Assembly: GCA_000320545.1 (NCBI GenBank)
Contig: ADNK01003231.1
Coordinates: 1-35,110 of the forward strand
Reading direction: 5' to 3'
From: Bigelowiella natans CCMP2755
Lineage: Eukaryota > Protista > Cercozoa
DNA: 35,110 nucleotides
This document shows positions 1-13,612 of this stretch, piece by piece (the stretch's first letter is position 1; every line of letters begins with the position of its first letter). The position numbers and the translations under genes were made by a program. The notes under the pieces are model-generated. The model had not been told where the DNA came from, did not search any database, and saw only the letters and a list, made by a program, of their open reading frames with translations.

Positions 1-231
1 TCTTCCGAATTCGCGAATCCGCGCTGCTGACGAAGCTGGCCACGTAGACCAAGGGCACTTGGGGTCGACACGGCGAGGCAGTGCGGCCGGATAAAGGCTG
101 CAGACGATAAAGGGCCGTCCTCAAGCCCGCTTCCGTGAGCGCCGGCCAACGTTTCCTGCGGGGAGGAATACCGATAAAGACTTTTTATGTTTTGTGTATG
201 TGTGTATGTGTGTATGTGTGTATGTGTGTAT

Positions 232-267
<36 letters not shown>

Positions 268-636
268 GTGTGCAAGCGGTCTTTTGGCAATAAATGGATA
301 AGATGCATAACGATTCGTCTCAGCTGCGGCGCGGCCGCCCTGCCGCAAGTGATGATGCTCTGTTGGCTGTTGTTGTCGGCCCACAAATCGGAAGGGGGGG
401 GGAGGGGGGGGGGCTTGAGGCTGCTGCTACTAGCTGCTATATTTCATCTTAATTGCAAGCGATGAGGGCGATCAATGCACGCGACGATGTATATTACGAT
501 GATGCTGTAGTCCTTGTCGAGAATCCTAACCGGGTTGGCGTCCATATCTGCAAACACCGGCCGGCCATCCGGAAGAGCCGCGATGTGCGCCCTGAATGGC
601 GGCAGGATGGAAGCATTTCGACCGTGGTTATTTCGG

Positions 637-673
<37 letters not shown>

Positions 674-1578
674 GCTCATGATATCGATGTCGCTGAGTTA
701 GATATTGTGCGTAGTACGGGCAATTCATCGTAGCCTCCATTGCAGGGCCATCCTTCGCTCCTTCCTCTCCCGTACCCGCCACACTCGTCACAAAGCCGTC
801 GGGACTAATCTTGCGAATACGCTGTGGGGGAGGAGGGCGGGGGGGGGGATAAACGGCAGCAGAAGGGGTTGTTGGAAACGGCGAGAAGAGACTTAAAAAC
901 TTAGAAAGAGAAGACACGACATTAGGGATCCATGCGAGAGATCTTTCAAATCTCCTACTTCTTCTACTACTGCTACAACTACTACTGCCAGTACCGGCAC
1001 GACTAACCATCACCCCTACTACTACCTGGTTGTAAGTATCTGTCACGTAAAGGTGGTTATCGCTCCCGACAACGCCACTCGTAGGTGTGCAGAAGAGGGC
1101 CTGGAATAATATGCCGGCGGTATTGTCACGAAGGGAACCGCAGAGGAGAAAGCGCGCCGACAACAGAAAGCTCATTGATATGAACAACCACAGAATTTTC
1201 GTAGGCTGGGGGGGGGGAGGGGATGGGGCAAAGAGTGCGAAAGTGCTCTCGCAAACGTTATTCCTAGCATCATTCGTGAAACGTGCACTCAAATATTACG
1301 ACGTCTGGCAGCAGTACCTGCGACCCCCACCCGTCTTGCAGTCCAGCCTCCATAGTATGACCAGCGATCTTGCAATACATCCAGCATAGCAGCGGCAGCG
1401 GCAGCAGCAGCAGCAGCAGCAGCAGTGTGTAAGAAGCGAATGATTTTGTTTGGCAGATGTGCTCGAGTATCAACCAACAGCCTTACTCACGCGCATTGAA
1501 GGCACACAAATTCTATCTGCTTTCTCGTATGCTTCCAAAACACACAAAACACACACACACACACACATACACATACAC

Positions 1579-1630
<52 letters not shown>

Positions 1631-1985
1631 GCGCCCTTTCCCCGCGACAAAGAGAACGGGAAGGGGTTAGTCCAGCATGGATCACAGACGCAAAACACGC
1701 ACAAAACGCACGCACATATATCCGCGCATATATACCGTGGAGACTTGTCCGTTGGGAGTTATTCGTCGTATGCGAAACAGCGACGACTCCATGACGTAAG
1801 CGGTGCCGTCCCTTGCTATGGCGATGCTGATGGTTACGTGATCGAGAGCAGCAATAGCAACAAGGCCAAATGAATGATGACGCGGTACAATGTAGTAAAG
1901 TTTCTTCCGGAGGTGCAAAAAGAGAAGCACGCAGGTACGTTTACTAGCATACGACAGGCAGAGAAAGAGCATCGTTGTATTCCTT

Positions 1986-2021
<36 letters not shown>

Positions 2022-3318
2022 TACTACTCTACTACTCTACTACCAATTTATTGATTCTTATATATTACTACTACTACTTCCACTACTACTACTACTACTA
2101 CAAGTCTGTTTTGTTGTCTGCACTTACTCGTTAGGAGACGTGAATTCCGCTACATCAGCATCACCGTCCTTCACTCCATCCCCACGCCCTGCATACGGCG
2201 ATATCGGGAAGGCTGATGATATATCGAATGAACAGAGTCGCAAAGCAGATCGTCAGGGCTATCAATCTATTGAAGCATGTTGGGAAGCCCAAACATATCC
2301 CTACACACATACACACACGCGCCCACACACGTATTCATTCATTCATTTTAATTGTATGTATATCATACGCGTTGTGATGTGTGGTTGCGTGCGTTGGATC
2401 GCAGTTGCAGCAGCAGCAGCAGCACGCTGCGTACTACCAACAGGAGGCAATGTTGTTGGCGCGGGTGTTGGCACAGGATTTTCGATATCATCCCGTCTCC
2501 TACAGATCTTAGCTCCCGAAGGGTAATGATGAACCTGTATATGCAAAGGGGGAGGGGAGGGGCAGTGTTGAAAATTCCGATGTCACAGTCGCATTGGAGA
2601 GCGATTCGTTTTCAAATGTACTCGTTTCATCATAGGGCACACTGCCATAGCCATAGAAATAACGCTACTCATGATGCCGCTGCTTGCATGATACAATGAC
2701 CTACCCCAACTTCTTCTATAAATGAATAAAAAGTATAACTACTCTAACAACCACTACTATTACTAGCCCTTTAGCTGTTACAGTTCTTCATTCATTCTTA
2801 CCTCGATCCAGCCGTACTCATCGCATATTAATTCAAAAGTTTGCTTGTCCCAGTGATCGTTCCCTCCACCGCTGTCTTGATCATTCGGTCTAGCGGCAGC
2901 ACGGCCAGTCGTCGGGCTCAGACGGAAATTCGTGTTTCGATGTAGGGGTGGGCGCTGCTGCCTTCCTCTTATCCCCGAAGCCGCGTTTCTGGCGAAATGG
3001 ATGGGAGCAGTAAACGTAATTCAACAAAGAGCCTGCATCTTCCTACAAACCTTATGCAATAATTTCGAGATCTTACCTTCGAGGGAGCAGTGGGGGACGA
3101 CGTTGGGCGGATCTGCTGAGAGGGATACCCCTCTCCATACGAATGTTGTTAGCGAATTCCTGCGTTCCCCCACGTGCCAGTTCACCATCGACGATGGGGC
3201 CCAAATTATAGCCCTTCCATAGACCCCCGAATACAGCGATCACTCCGCTAACAGTCACCAGGAGCCTCGAAAGGGGATGCCGGCCTCTCCCGTGCCAGGG
3301 GGGGGCCTGGGGAGGCAT
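1..3318 (-). CDS. NHL-repeat (beta-propeller) protein, multi-exon, 3' end beyond the window edge; hydrophobic N-terminal leader
   Basis: Exon translations with NHL-type motifs: GRGDGVKDGDADVAEFTSPN, IAIARDGTAYVMESSLFRIRRITPNGQVST, ALFCTPTSGVVGSDNHLYVTDTYNQ, RIRKISPDGFVTSVAGTGEEGAKDGPAMEATMNCP, IAALPDGRPVFAD, ETLAGAHGSGLEDGPLSSAAFIRP. Putative first exon 3318-~3078 (MPPQ...LLVTVSGVIAVFGGLW...) ends at a GTAAG donor. Confidence 0.75.
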
Positions 3319-3828
3319 AGCGCCCAGACGAGATGGATATTTAGGAATAAAATATTCGATATTTCTTCGATATTATAATTCCAAAAGTTCAGGAAGCAAT
3401 TAATTAGTTTGAGCTTTTATGTTCGTCCAATAGTAAGTATATAATGGTTAAATCTGGTGTAATAGTACGTCTAAAAAAGTCCTTTGCACCCAAATTGTTG
3501 GCTATGTTTTCCCTAACGATGAAAACTAGTTCAGAGAAAACTCAATAGTTTTGGCTCTGCGACATCTCCGGCGACCGTGATTGGACAATTTATTTTAGGT
3601 ATTCTTACCATTACAGAGCAATATTGATGCCGAATAGAGTATCTCCATATAAACTTACATTACAGTATCAAATATTCCATATAGTGGATATTATTTCGAT
3701 AATATTTTGCCCAGACTTAGGACGCCCTGGCGCGCTTCCCGCCCATCCCCCACCCCCAGAATGTGTTCAATTTCACGCTCATGGTGCTGAGTAGACCAGG
3801 CTGGATTTGTTTGTTGATCTGAAGGAGG

Positions 3829-4889
3829 ATGCACAGTAAGTAGCACTCAATTGTTCGTGGAAAGGGTATGCAACGATGACATCATCAACCAACAACCTAG
3901 GGACAAATTGCACCGTCTCGGAAGTCTTTGCCTCCGACATCAAGGTAGAATCATGGAATTCAGGGGGCGGGTGTTACGACCCGAAGCCGAACGAACGTGG
4001 GTGCCTATAACGGTTACTTCATGCATACACATAAATATGTAGAGCATCAAATATGTTGGTATATAGAGCGTTGATTCCTCACGATTTTTGTCTGCGATTG
4101 TTATCAAGGATGTCTGCACTCGTGCGCCGCCACGAAAGAACACAAATCGGCGTAAGAGAGAGAAAGGTCGACAATGATACAGAAGCGTGCCGCCTATCCC
4201 TTTGCCTCCAACAGCTCCCGATCGTAACACTCCTCTCTGCACACCTTGATTAGAGATCTTTGGAAGACTCAGACGCGCGCTTCTGCATTTCAATATTGAC
4301 GGAAATTCGGGGTGTGTTGAAGCAAAGGACGGTGATTTGGGAGCAATCGCAGCGGAAGGACGTAGCGGTGATAGTAGCAAAGGAATAGAAGGAGGAGGAG
4401 GAGGTTCTCAGCTCAAGATCGTTGTTCTTGATGCTGCGACTCTTCTCGCGGTAATGGCTACGACGACTTTGTGTGCAACCAGAATCATTTATGTGCATAC
4501 TGCTTACATACACACGCGCGCGCGCACACGTATAAGCAAAAAAAGGGTTTTGTTGCAAAGAACAGAAATCACACTTCCGCGACTCTTCGTCTCCCCCCCC
4601 CTCCTCCTCCTCCTCCTCCTCCTCCTCCTCCATGCTAATCCAAATGTAAAATAGATTGTCTACGCTGTGACTGGCACGCAATTACCCGCTTTTCGACTCA
4701 AAGAGCTCTCTTCCCTGCTGATGAGGGAGTGTGTGAAGAAGGACAAAACCGCAAGTCGTAGTGAAATATCGCTAAACCTAACAGCAACGTCATGCCAGAA
4801 ATCTAGGAGCATGGGGATGAGATGGGGGAAGGACGGAAATATTCGTAAACCTCCCCATTCGTATCATTCTGTTAGTTCTATGAGTGGCG

Positions 4890-4929
<40 letters not shown>

Positions 4930-5046
4930 AATGGCAGGAGCGACGCTACTCGATTGCCTATTCGAGTTCATTCTTCCTCTTGCTCTGAAGCGGGTTGTTC
5001 CTTTCTTGCACGATCGATGATACCATTCTATCGCGCATAGTGGGCG

Positions 5047-5096
<50 letters not shown>

Positions 5097-5514
5097 CGCG
5101 TAAATTTTTGTTTCATTTTCTTAAAAGTATGCATGCCGAGGGAGAACGAGGAGGGGGGAGGAAGGAGGGAGAGAGGCGGATGGGGAGGTCCGCGTTAGCG
5201 CAGACCTTTATTAATTTCATATTTTCGCTAAGATGATCCAGTACTAGATAAAATCCATCAAATGCAACTGACATCTATTCTAATTCTCTCTCTCCCTCTC
5301 CCTCTCCCTCTCTCTCTCTCTTTGTCTGTCTCCCTATCTCCATCTACGTTTTTAAATATGTGAAGTCGCACAAGAGCGAAGCTATGGAGGCATTCCAGAA
5401 GGTGTTCGGAGGGAGCGCGCAAGGCAATATATTCTCGAGGAATTCATATGAATTTGAGGCGGAGAGAAGGAGACAGAGGAGAGAAAGAGAGAGGGGGAGA
5501 AAAACGAGGGATAC

Positions 5515-5548
<34 letters not shown>

Positions 5549-6088
5549 GTGTGTGTGTGTGTACATGCTCTGTAGCATTTGTAGTTCTTTCCTAGCTTTG
5601 CGTTTGTTGTACTGAGAGATGATCCACCCTCGCCTCCATTATCCTTGCGAAGGTTACGTCAGCGTACAGGGAATTAGAACAGCAATCAAGGTAGCAAAGC
5701 TTTTGTAGATATATGAGCCAGATGTTGAGCTTAGCCGGGGGGAAGGGGGGGGGGGGGGGGTGGGTACTAATATTTACAACGTGTGAGTAAGTGGTTGCGT
5801 TCTCTGCAGGCGCTCAGGGTGTCGCTACACCCAGCAACAGCGAGAGAGGTACAAAAATGAGGCTAGCGGAAGTAGCAGTACTAGCAGCAGAAGAAGAAGA
5901 AGCAGTAGTAGTAGTTGTAGTTGAAGTTGTAGAAGCAGCAATATACGAGACGAGCATTCTCTAGAGCCTTTTGTATGGTATAGAATCTTCCGCTTGCGAA
6001 TGGCGCACAGCTACGCCTATCGTTACCTCCCACACGCAACCAGCACGACATAAACGCACATACACACACAAGCACACACACACACACA

Positions 6089-6126
<38 letters not shown>

Positions 6127-6254
6127 CATTAAATGCAGCTCGGTATTTACTCACGTACACCGCTACTAAACAGATGCTTTCAGCGGCGGATTACGACGCC
6201 GATGGGAAAGTTAGTTTTCATGAGTTCCAGGCGATCACCCGCGCGCCGACTTAG
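3829..6254 (+). CDS. Divergent calmodulin/centrin-like EF-hand protein, multi-exon; start uncertain
   Basis: Spliced C-terminal half KSEAMEAFQKVFGGSAQ/GYVSVQGIRTAIK/ALRVSLHPATARE/MLSAADYDADGKVSFHEFQAITRAPT* follows the calmodulin EF3-EF4 register. The last exon (6174-6254) has a canonical loop DYDADGKVSFHE. An upstream exon reads LRRALLHFNIDGNSG. Confidence 0.7.
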
Positions 6255-7136
6255 CTTCTAGATTTACAGGTGCGTATTGCTTATTGCTAGAGCGACTACC
6301 ACAAGCTGAAACGGCTTTGCCGCATGGTGTGTCCTGACTTGACTGTATCGTAGTATGATGTGATATTTGGTACATCCCCGTATCGATGATGATGTCCTGC
6401 AGCGAGCTCCATGTATTATTCAACGCAATTTTTTGTTGCGTGGAAGCAAGCTCTTGCATGCCTACATAGCTAGATAGCTAACGCACAGCGCTAGCAAACT
6501 AGCTTGCTCATGTCGTGGCGTATACGTCATAGACGTTCATGTTACGTGCGTGTCAGATGACACTTCGTTTTATAGTTTGCATCTAGACATGCATGTATGA
6601 TGTCTCAGCACAAACATCCACGTATCGTACGTACACACCACGCTGATCGAGTCGGTGCAGCGGTTCACAATGCAGAGCTACAGGGCCACGTGCTCAACGT
6701 TGTGCACGCAGCGTTAGCATCCCACATTATGAACAATGGACGCTGCGCATGTATTAGTGTGGCAGTCGCTGCGTCTACGTGCACGCGTACAATATATATG
6801 GTCGTACATCGCATGTGTGTACTGTGTATAAAGTTTAACGCCTCCCATACACGCTCATGCTGGCGAGTGCACGTATCCGAGCGACAGCAACAGAGATACT
6901 CTTCAGTCTGAGCTTCAATAGATCGACAGCTTCGAATACACGCTTACACACTTATTCGCTTGATATATGTACAGTACACCTTACAATTGCATGTTCTAAA
7001 TTAATGCACTACCCCAGCAGTGAAAGGACGTGAAATAGAGTATCTAGCTAGCGGGCCACACCCAGCCCCCATGATGATGCTACGGAGAGTGTTCGAAAGC
7101 CCTTGCAATGAGAGACTGGCGGCCGTGCAGAATAGT

Positions 7137-7193
<57 letters not shown>

Positions 7194-7231
7194 CATATGC
7201 TATATCAAATATGTACGTGCATCTCTGTCTC

Positions 7232-7542
7232 CTAACTCGACTTGGACGGCATGTTAATTCCCCAGTCGTACTCCATGAAGTCCTTCTTCATCCTGGGTGG
7301 TCGTAGGCATCATGATCAATAGAAACAACTGTCACAAACTCTGCAGAAAGGAATGGCACGAGATGGTGGAGACAACAGAAGAGATTTTCACACTATGGCA
7401 TGGTTGCAAGCGGGGTGGGGGGGGGGTGCGCGCAGGGCGGGGCGTTCTCTCTTTCCTTCCTTACTTATATCTGTTTGCCTTGACGATTTCTTGTGCCTTC
7501 TCCGGCAAGTAAGGGAATAAGAACTTTATGGGTCTGCACACA

Positions 7543-7581
<39 letters not shown>

Positions 7582-8656
7582 GACAACAACGGAAATAACG
7601 GGAGGTGAGAATCAGTACACAAACTTAAAACATTGCGGTGGTGCAAGATGAGTGGTGAGATAGATGCTCCGAGACTGATTGAGGCTGTGTGTATTATGGA
7701 GACTTCTATGTTTTCGCTCTTGCAGCTTTTCCGACGATGCCTATTCCCACCCCCCTTTTCCACCCTTTTCCTCCCTTACGTGGGTCTGAAGTCGCGAGCA
7801 AACCAGTTGAAAATTGAACTGAGAGCGATGTGTTTTCCGCCTCCCTGTTTACCATCGTGTGTGTGCGTGTGTGTGTGTGCGTGCGTGTGCTTCAGTATAT
7901 AAGAAAGCTCGTGTTGTTTGCAGCGGCATCTGCAGCAATGATTAAGCATGCTAAATGGAGGTATTCTTCATTACATTTACGTTCATGCCCTTCTTCGGAT
8001 TGAGCATCCACTTCCTATTAATGAGGAGATCAGGGTTATCATCTTCGGTTACGCGCCCCCCCCGCCCCAACTCCTCCCCCATTCTCTAACGAAGCATAGC
8101 TATTTCCCAAAACTTTGCCTCATACGAGACACACGCATCGTGCAGCACCTTTGCGAGAGGATGTTCTTTCTAGACGAATGATTGTCTGGCTGTCTAATGT
8201 ACTACCTCATCTGATCATCCATTTGATCCGCTAATGTGTCGTCTCCTGCAATGCACGTTTCATGATGATAACCGGGGGTGTGGGGGGGGGGGAAAGGGTA
8301 TATCAGCATGAAACAGAAACCCCCCCCGTTTTTGAAGACGACTGATAATACTATTACTAGTAGTAGTAGCAGTAGTAATAGTTACAATATTAATAAAAAC
8401 TCAAGATGATGATACTACTACTTCCTCCTCCTCCTACTGTGTTTGGTAGCCCCCACCTCTAAAAGCCTCCCCTCTCAGATCAGGGCAGCTAACGCTTGCG
8501 CAGACGATGCACGCGTGAAGTCGAGGCTCCGCCCACACACCCCTGAAAAGAAGAAGAGGAGGAAAAAGAAGACGAGGGAGAGTCGGGGAGGGAGAGGAGG
8601 AGAGGATGTCGAATAGAGGGAGGGGGAATGAAAGTTAAGCCATTCGATACGCGCCC

Positions 8657-8735
<79 letters not shown>

Positions 8736-9078
8736 AGACACGCATATGCATTCGCATCTACGCACCGCAAGCTCTTGTGCTCGAGCGATGTCAAGGTGAT
8801 CTCTTCCCCGCAGAGTTTTCCTGAAGCAAGGAACATAGAGTTGAGTTGTTGTTGCTGCTGCTGATGATGATGATTGATTGTTTGGCTGATAAAATGAATG
8901 CATACACTGTATGATTTAGTTTCCCAGATTGCACGTAAAGCAACCGACGCCACGCACACGCACGCAATCATACAGCATTTACTACCTGCGTTGATGTCCC
9001 ACACCTTAGTGTCCCCCTCCCCTAGATCTCGAATGCTATTGACTGACTTACCAGCCCTCATTGCCCTGGCAAAGCAAG

Positions 9079-9121
<43 letters not shown>

Positions 9122-9909
9122 CAAGAGCACACCGCCCTGAGTCTCGATGAAGTCAAGGCATAGCTCTTCACGTGGATATTGATTGATCAATCATGAGGTT
9201 TGGTTGGTCCGCTCACTTGACGATGATGTTGATACACAGGGCATTGTATGCGTTCATCAGGAGCGCGATCTGGTTATTCGCCTGCCCAAAAAATATAGAC
9301 ACATATGTAAATTATCACACACACACACACACACACAGACACACACAATGATGTTATATTGGCATGTGCTTTCCCCTTAATCAATCAGTTTCTACTTGAA
9401 AGACAGAATGGGGATGCTTTCGCGGTCACCAACTTCACTTTCCTACCCTCTCTGCCCCCCCCCCCCAACCCCTCCCCCTCCCCTCTCCGCCCCTCTTCCA
9501 GCTTTTACCGAGAGGGACTCCAAGTCTGCAGTTCCGAGGTTTTCAAGGTAAGCATCGAGCTTGTCGCCTGGTTATCAGCGCACAAATGCAGCAGATAGCG
9601 AATAGAGGATCCAAACAATTATTCATCATGAAGGCATTGTGTTTAGCTGTAGTAGCCTGGTGATACCTAACAGTTTGCCTTCCTTTCCTTCGGTTTTCTT
9701 AACGAGTTTCTTTTTTGATGAGGGGAGTGAGGTGAGAGGGTCACAACGCCGCGAGAAACACACGCACATCATTTTTCTGCTACCGTGTAATCAAAGGTGT
9801 TGAGCGGGATCCCACGTATCTCTCCTTCATCTGTCACAGGAACGTTCGCACAAATTCAGGATTTCATGTACTGCAAGCTCTATTTGAGTCTATCAATGTG
9901 TAGATATAA

Positions 9910-9947
<38 letters not shown>

Positions 9948-10547
9948 TATGTGTGTGTGTGTGTGCGTGTGTGTGTGTCTGCGCGCACGCGTATGTGAGC
10001 ATAAGTATATGTACTCTTTCTTACCGACGCACTCCTTTAGGATCTCATCCCAGAGTCCATGGTCGAAGGCCTCTCCTGCAGAATTGTTTGTGTGTTTTTA
10101 AGGTAGGGAATGGTTACAGCTACGGCATCCACCTTTGTGAATATTTTTCCGGATCGAATCGTAGAACTTGCGGACGTCCTCTGGAAGCTCTTTTTCATCT
10201 CCTTTACATGGGGGAAAAATAAAGAAAAAAGAAAACATACATGCAGTGTTTTTCCTAATGAGGCCTATTTAACTCGACCAACGCAGATCACCTTTCGGAC
10301 GAGTCTTTGGTGGTTGGCCTATTCCCAGGGATTTACTGATTTTTACCAAGTCTTTGCGTGACATCTTCGCCAGCTGCGCATCACTGAAGTCTGAATGAGG
10401 AGATCTTGTCATACGATGCGATGCGATGGTATTTTCCAGGGTACGTTTTTAATGTTACCAGAAGCTCTAATGACTTTCTTCCCATTTATAGGACATCCCT
10501 TTCCGTACGTCCACTCGACGTACGCTCTCTGCCAAAACATTTTATTT
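7232..10547 (-). CDS. DUF547 domain protein, many short exons; true start probably further upstream (~10650)
   Basis: Spliced motifs typical of DUF547: AFDHGLWDEILKECV, FDY, KLDAYLENLGTADLESLS, QIALLMNAYNALCI, SIRDL..VWD, ITLTSLEHKSLR, EPRLHACIVCASVSCPDLRGEAF, LSSIFNWFARDF, MEYDWGIN. Stop TAG at 7234-7232; an extra terminal exon at ~7000-7115 is possible. Confidence 0.85.
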
Positions 10548-11445
10548 AATCGATGGGGCACATCATAAGATCAGGTTTTCGAGCAAAGGATTTGAGACTG
10601 AGTGAGAAATAAGTATCCGATATATTCCCACCTCGAGTGAAGCTCCCATGCTATTTAGGCTGGTGTGGCAGCGGGATGTTCAGTTCTCGCCCTTGGTCAG
10701 CCTCCCAAGAGAGGTGAGTGGCCACGTGGGATTTGAAGCAACGAAGCAACGAAGTTGGGAAAAGCTCAGACAATCAGAACAGAGAATCATCTCTATTATC
10801 CTAAAAACGCGAAAACCATGACACTATTATCCTTTTTTATGATAGAGCTTATGTCGTATCAACAAGATGCGATGGTTGCTTCCCTAGCTTCCTTCCGCCA
10901 TCGCTCTTGATTTCTGGGGAACGGGTACTGCCGGTGATTCAGCGGGCATTTATTTGCCTATTTATCAGCGACAAGGCAACCTCTGGGCGTTTCTAACATG
11001 AAACTGGTGCATCTAGCGCTGAAAACTGTTGTCGCAGTTCTAATATCAAAGGAGAAATTAGAACGAATTCTGAAACTGTCGTTGGGAATGAGACGATTGA
11101 GACATAAGATATTGATTCCGCCCCAGAAACACGCCCGCTCGCGAGCGCGTTCGTAAAACGCACGCAGAAATAACAAGTACGTCCCCCCCCCTCTCCTCCT
11201 CCTGAGTGGATCCCGTTTATATTTACCCGTGATAGAACACTATAGGGTTCCTCCTTGATCATGTTTTCGAACCTTCGTGCCGATAGGGACCAAGGGGCAT
11301 GTGAATCTTGTTGCCCTGTGATCTGCCTGTCGGTCACCTAGAAGTTTCCGAACATTTATGCTAGCTGATATTTGTGGACAAGCCGTCGAATCATTTTCCC
11401 CTCCAGGAACGCTAAGAACGTCATTAATGTTTCGGAGCGGGGCAA

Positions 11446-11478
<33 letters not shown>

Positions 11479-11686
11479 GCCGCTGCTAGTAGAAATGTTC
11501 TTTCGTTCAACTGTGAGCATCTTTGTTTCGAAATAGGTAGCGATCGAAGTATCCTCTGAACTAGATCGAAGATGCTCCGATACGACCCCTGTCCAAAAGT
11601 GAGTACTGCAGGCTACAAGCCCAAAACTGATGGGACAACATCGGGTAACTACGATTTTACTTCCCTTAGTGCATGTGCGAAGAGTC

Positions 11687-13078
11687 ATGTCCCAAGTGGG
11701 TATGCAATGAAGCTGTCTGACATATCATCATAAATTGCAGCACATTGTCTGAACGAAGAGAGTGGTCGCCCTCCTACTCCAGATAAATTAAAGAAGCACA
11801 TTAATCGGCACAAATATCCGGTAATAGTGGCTGGCAAGCAAACTTTTGGAGCCCAAATTTGGGTGCTGTTGTGTGCACTTGTGGTGTGTATTGTGTATAG
11901 TGTATTGTGTGTGTGTGGGACGAGGGGAGGGGAGGGGGGGGGGGGGGGTTGCAAGAAAGACATGCAAATCAATCCTTTGATAACGTATCGTACCTCAGCT
12001 GGGTGCAGTGCCAGCGATCCAAAACCCAAACGCACACCCCATGGCAACGTATGGGCGTGCTAATGCAATGGCTGACGGCCCCGGAAATTCAACGCCCCCA
12101 CTTACCCCCGGCACTTTGGAGCAGTATATCCATGAGAAGAACGAAAAAATCTATGCTTCGTCAAAACGCGCGCCTATCGGGAAACCTGTGAGTTATGGTG
12201 TCACCATGAAGGACCCTAACATGTCACATGGGCGAAAATCTATCTTCAGCGAGTCAGCCAAGCAGCTGCTCTACGCTGATCCTCAAATGAAAATGGGTTC
12301 TAAGGGCGTTGCAAACTCTGGTGACGCGGCCTTGAGGAACATCACACAGCCAAGGGAGCGCAACTACGATTGGAGCAAGACAGCTGTGAGAGGCAATCCG
12401 CAGGACTTCAGATTTGGAAAATCGGAAGTAGGGCCGCATGGACCCACTGGGGCACAACTTACACAGGATATGATAATGAGAGACGACACAAAAACCATAT
12501 CCAAAAGAGTCATAGACATTCGCAACCGTCGAAACTACCCGATCGGCCGTGCTCGCAATGCCCCCGAAAACATCGCGTCACTGCCAGAGGACTTTGTGTT
12601 TGGAAAACCTGGTAATAGAGATAGGAGTCAATCCACAAAGATGTGCATCCACGGGTTCAGCCCAGAGGATCAAATGCCAGATAAAGATCTCGGAGTTTCA
12701 AGATTAAAGCTGAAGAAGGGCGTTAAGAAGCACCCCGAAGACAGAGTTTTCGGGGTCCCATCGTTGAGAAAGGATATAATTGCGCCGAAAATCAAATCGG
12801 TAGCTGATAAGAACAACTATGGAGATGAATTCGGGGCTCAAGATGTCCTTTACCCGGAACAGTATGCCTTCGATGCCGTCGAGGAAAAAGACTTCCTCCA
12901 GATTAGAGCTGCGGACGAAATTCGCAAGATTTTTGCCGAAATTGGGATTACGGTGACAGAAGAGGAATTTCTATCGATTTCGGCGGAGGCTGAGAAGATT
13001 TTTGGTGGCCTGAGCGTAGACTCATTCAGAACTGTGTACAATAAAAGAAAATACGGCATAGTGCCGCAAGGGATCTGA
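11687..13078 (+). CDS. EFHB: EF-hand domain family member B / flagellar protein CFAP21 homolog; exons 11687-11699, 11741-11820, 11999-13078
   Basis: Motifs HCLNEESGRPPTPDKLKK, EKIYASSKRAPIGK and C-terminal FGVPSLRKDIIAPKIKSVADKNNYGDE...LYP...EKDFLQIR..EIRKIF.EIG....EEEF....SVDSFR match the EFHB family. Both GT-AG introns keep the frame. Confidence 0.85.
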
Positions 13079-13612
13079 TCCGTTGAGTCAGTCGCAAAAT
13101 GTGAGAAACAGGAGTAATGTATGATAAGTTGCATGCCTTGTCGAAGATGAAATAAGCCATTATCATGCCAAAAACGAACACATAGTCACATGATGCATCA
13201 TCATAGCTCTTCGATGTTTCTTCTCTCCATTATTGCATTGCCGATCGAGGTAACCCTGCATGGTTGCGCTTCATGTGTGATGTTGTGCAAAATCTAGGCA
13301 TGTGTACGTGAGCGGCGACACAAGCCTCATCGTTCATTCCAACTAGCACACAGCTCTGCATGCACGCACATGGTCCTTGCGTCCTGAGCTCTCTCATGCA
13401 ATCCGATCCATGCAACAACAAATGCGCAAAGTGCACAAATGTGTCGATCCTGCGCCGCCACGCCTTGCGCCATCGTCATGACGAGCGAGTTGTGCTTTCA
13501 TTGCATGGCATGCTTGTGTGATGCAGCAGCTTTTTCGTTTCACGGCGCATGTGCAGCTGGTGCGCACATCACAAAGTGAAACGACACAGCGCAGTCAGCA
13601 CCATGCCATTGA

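Noticed and set aside
121-2134. ORFs encoding poly-HT, CV, YI, L or Y tracts (also throughout the window)
   Set aside because: They are translations of intronic microsatellites.
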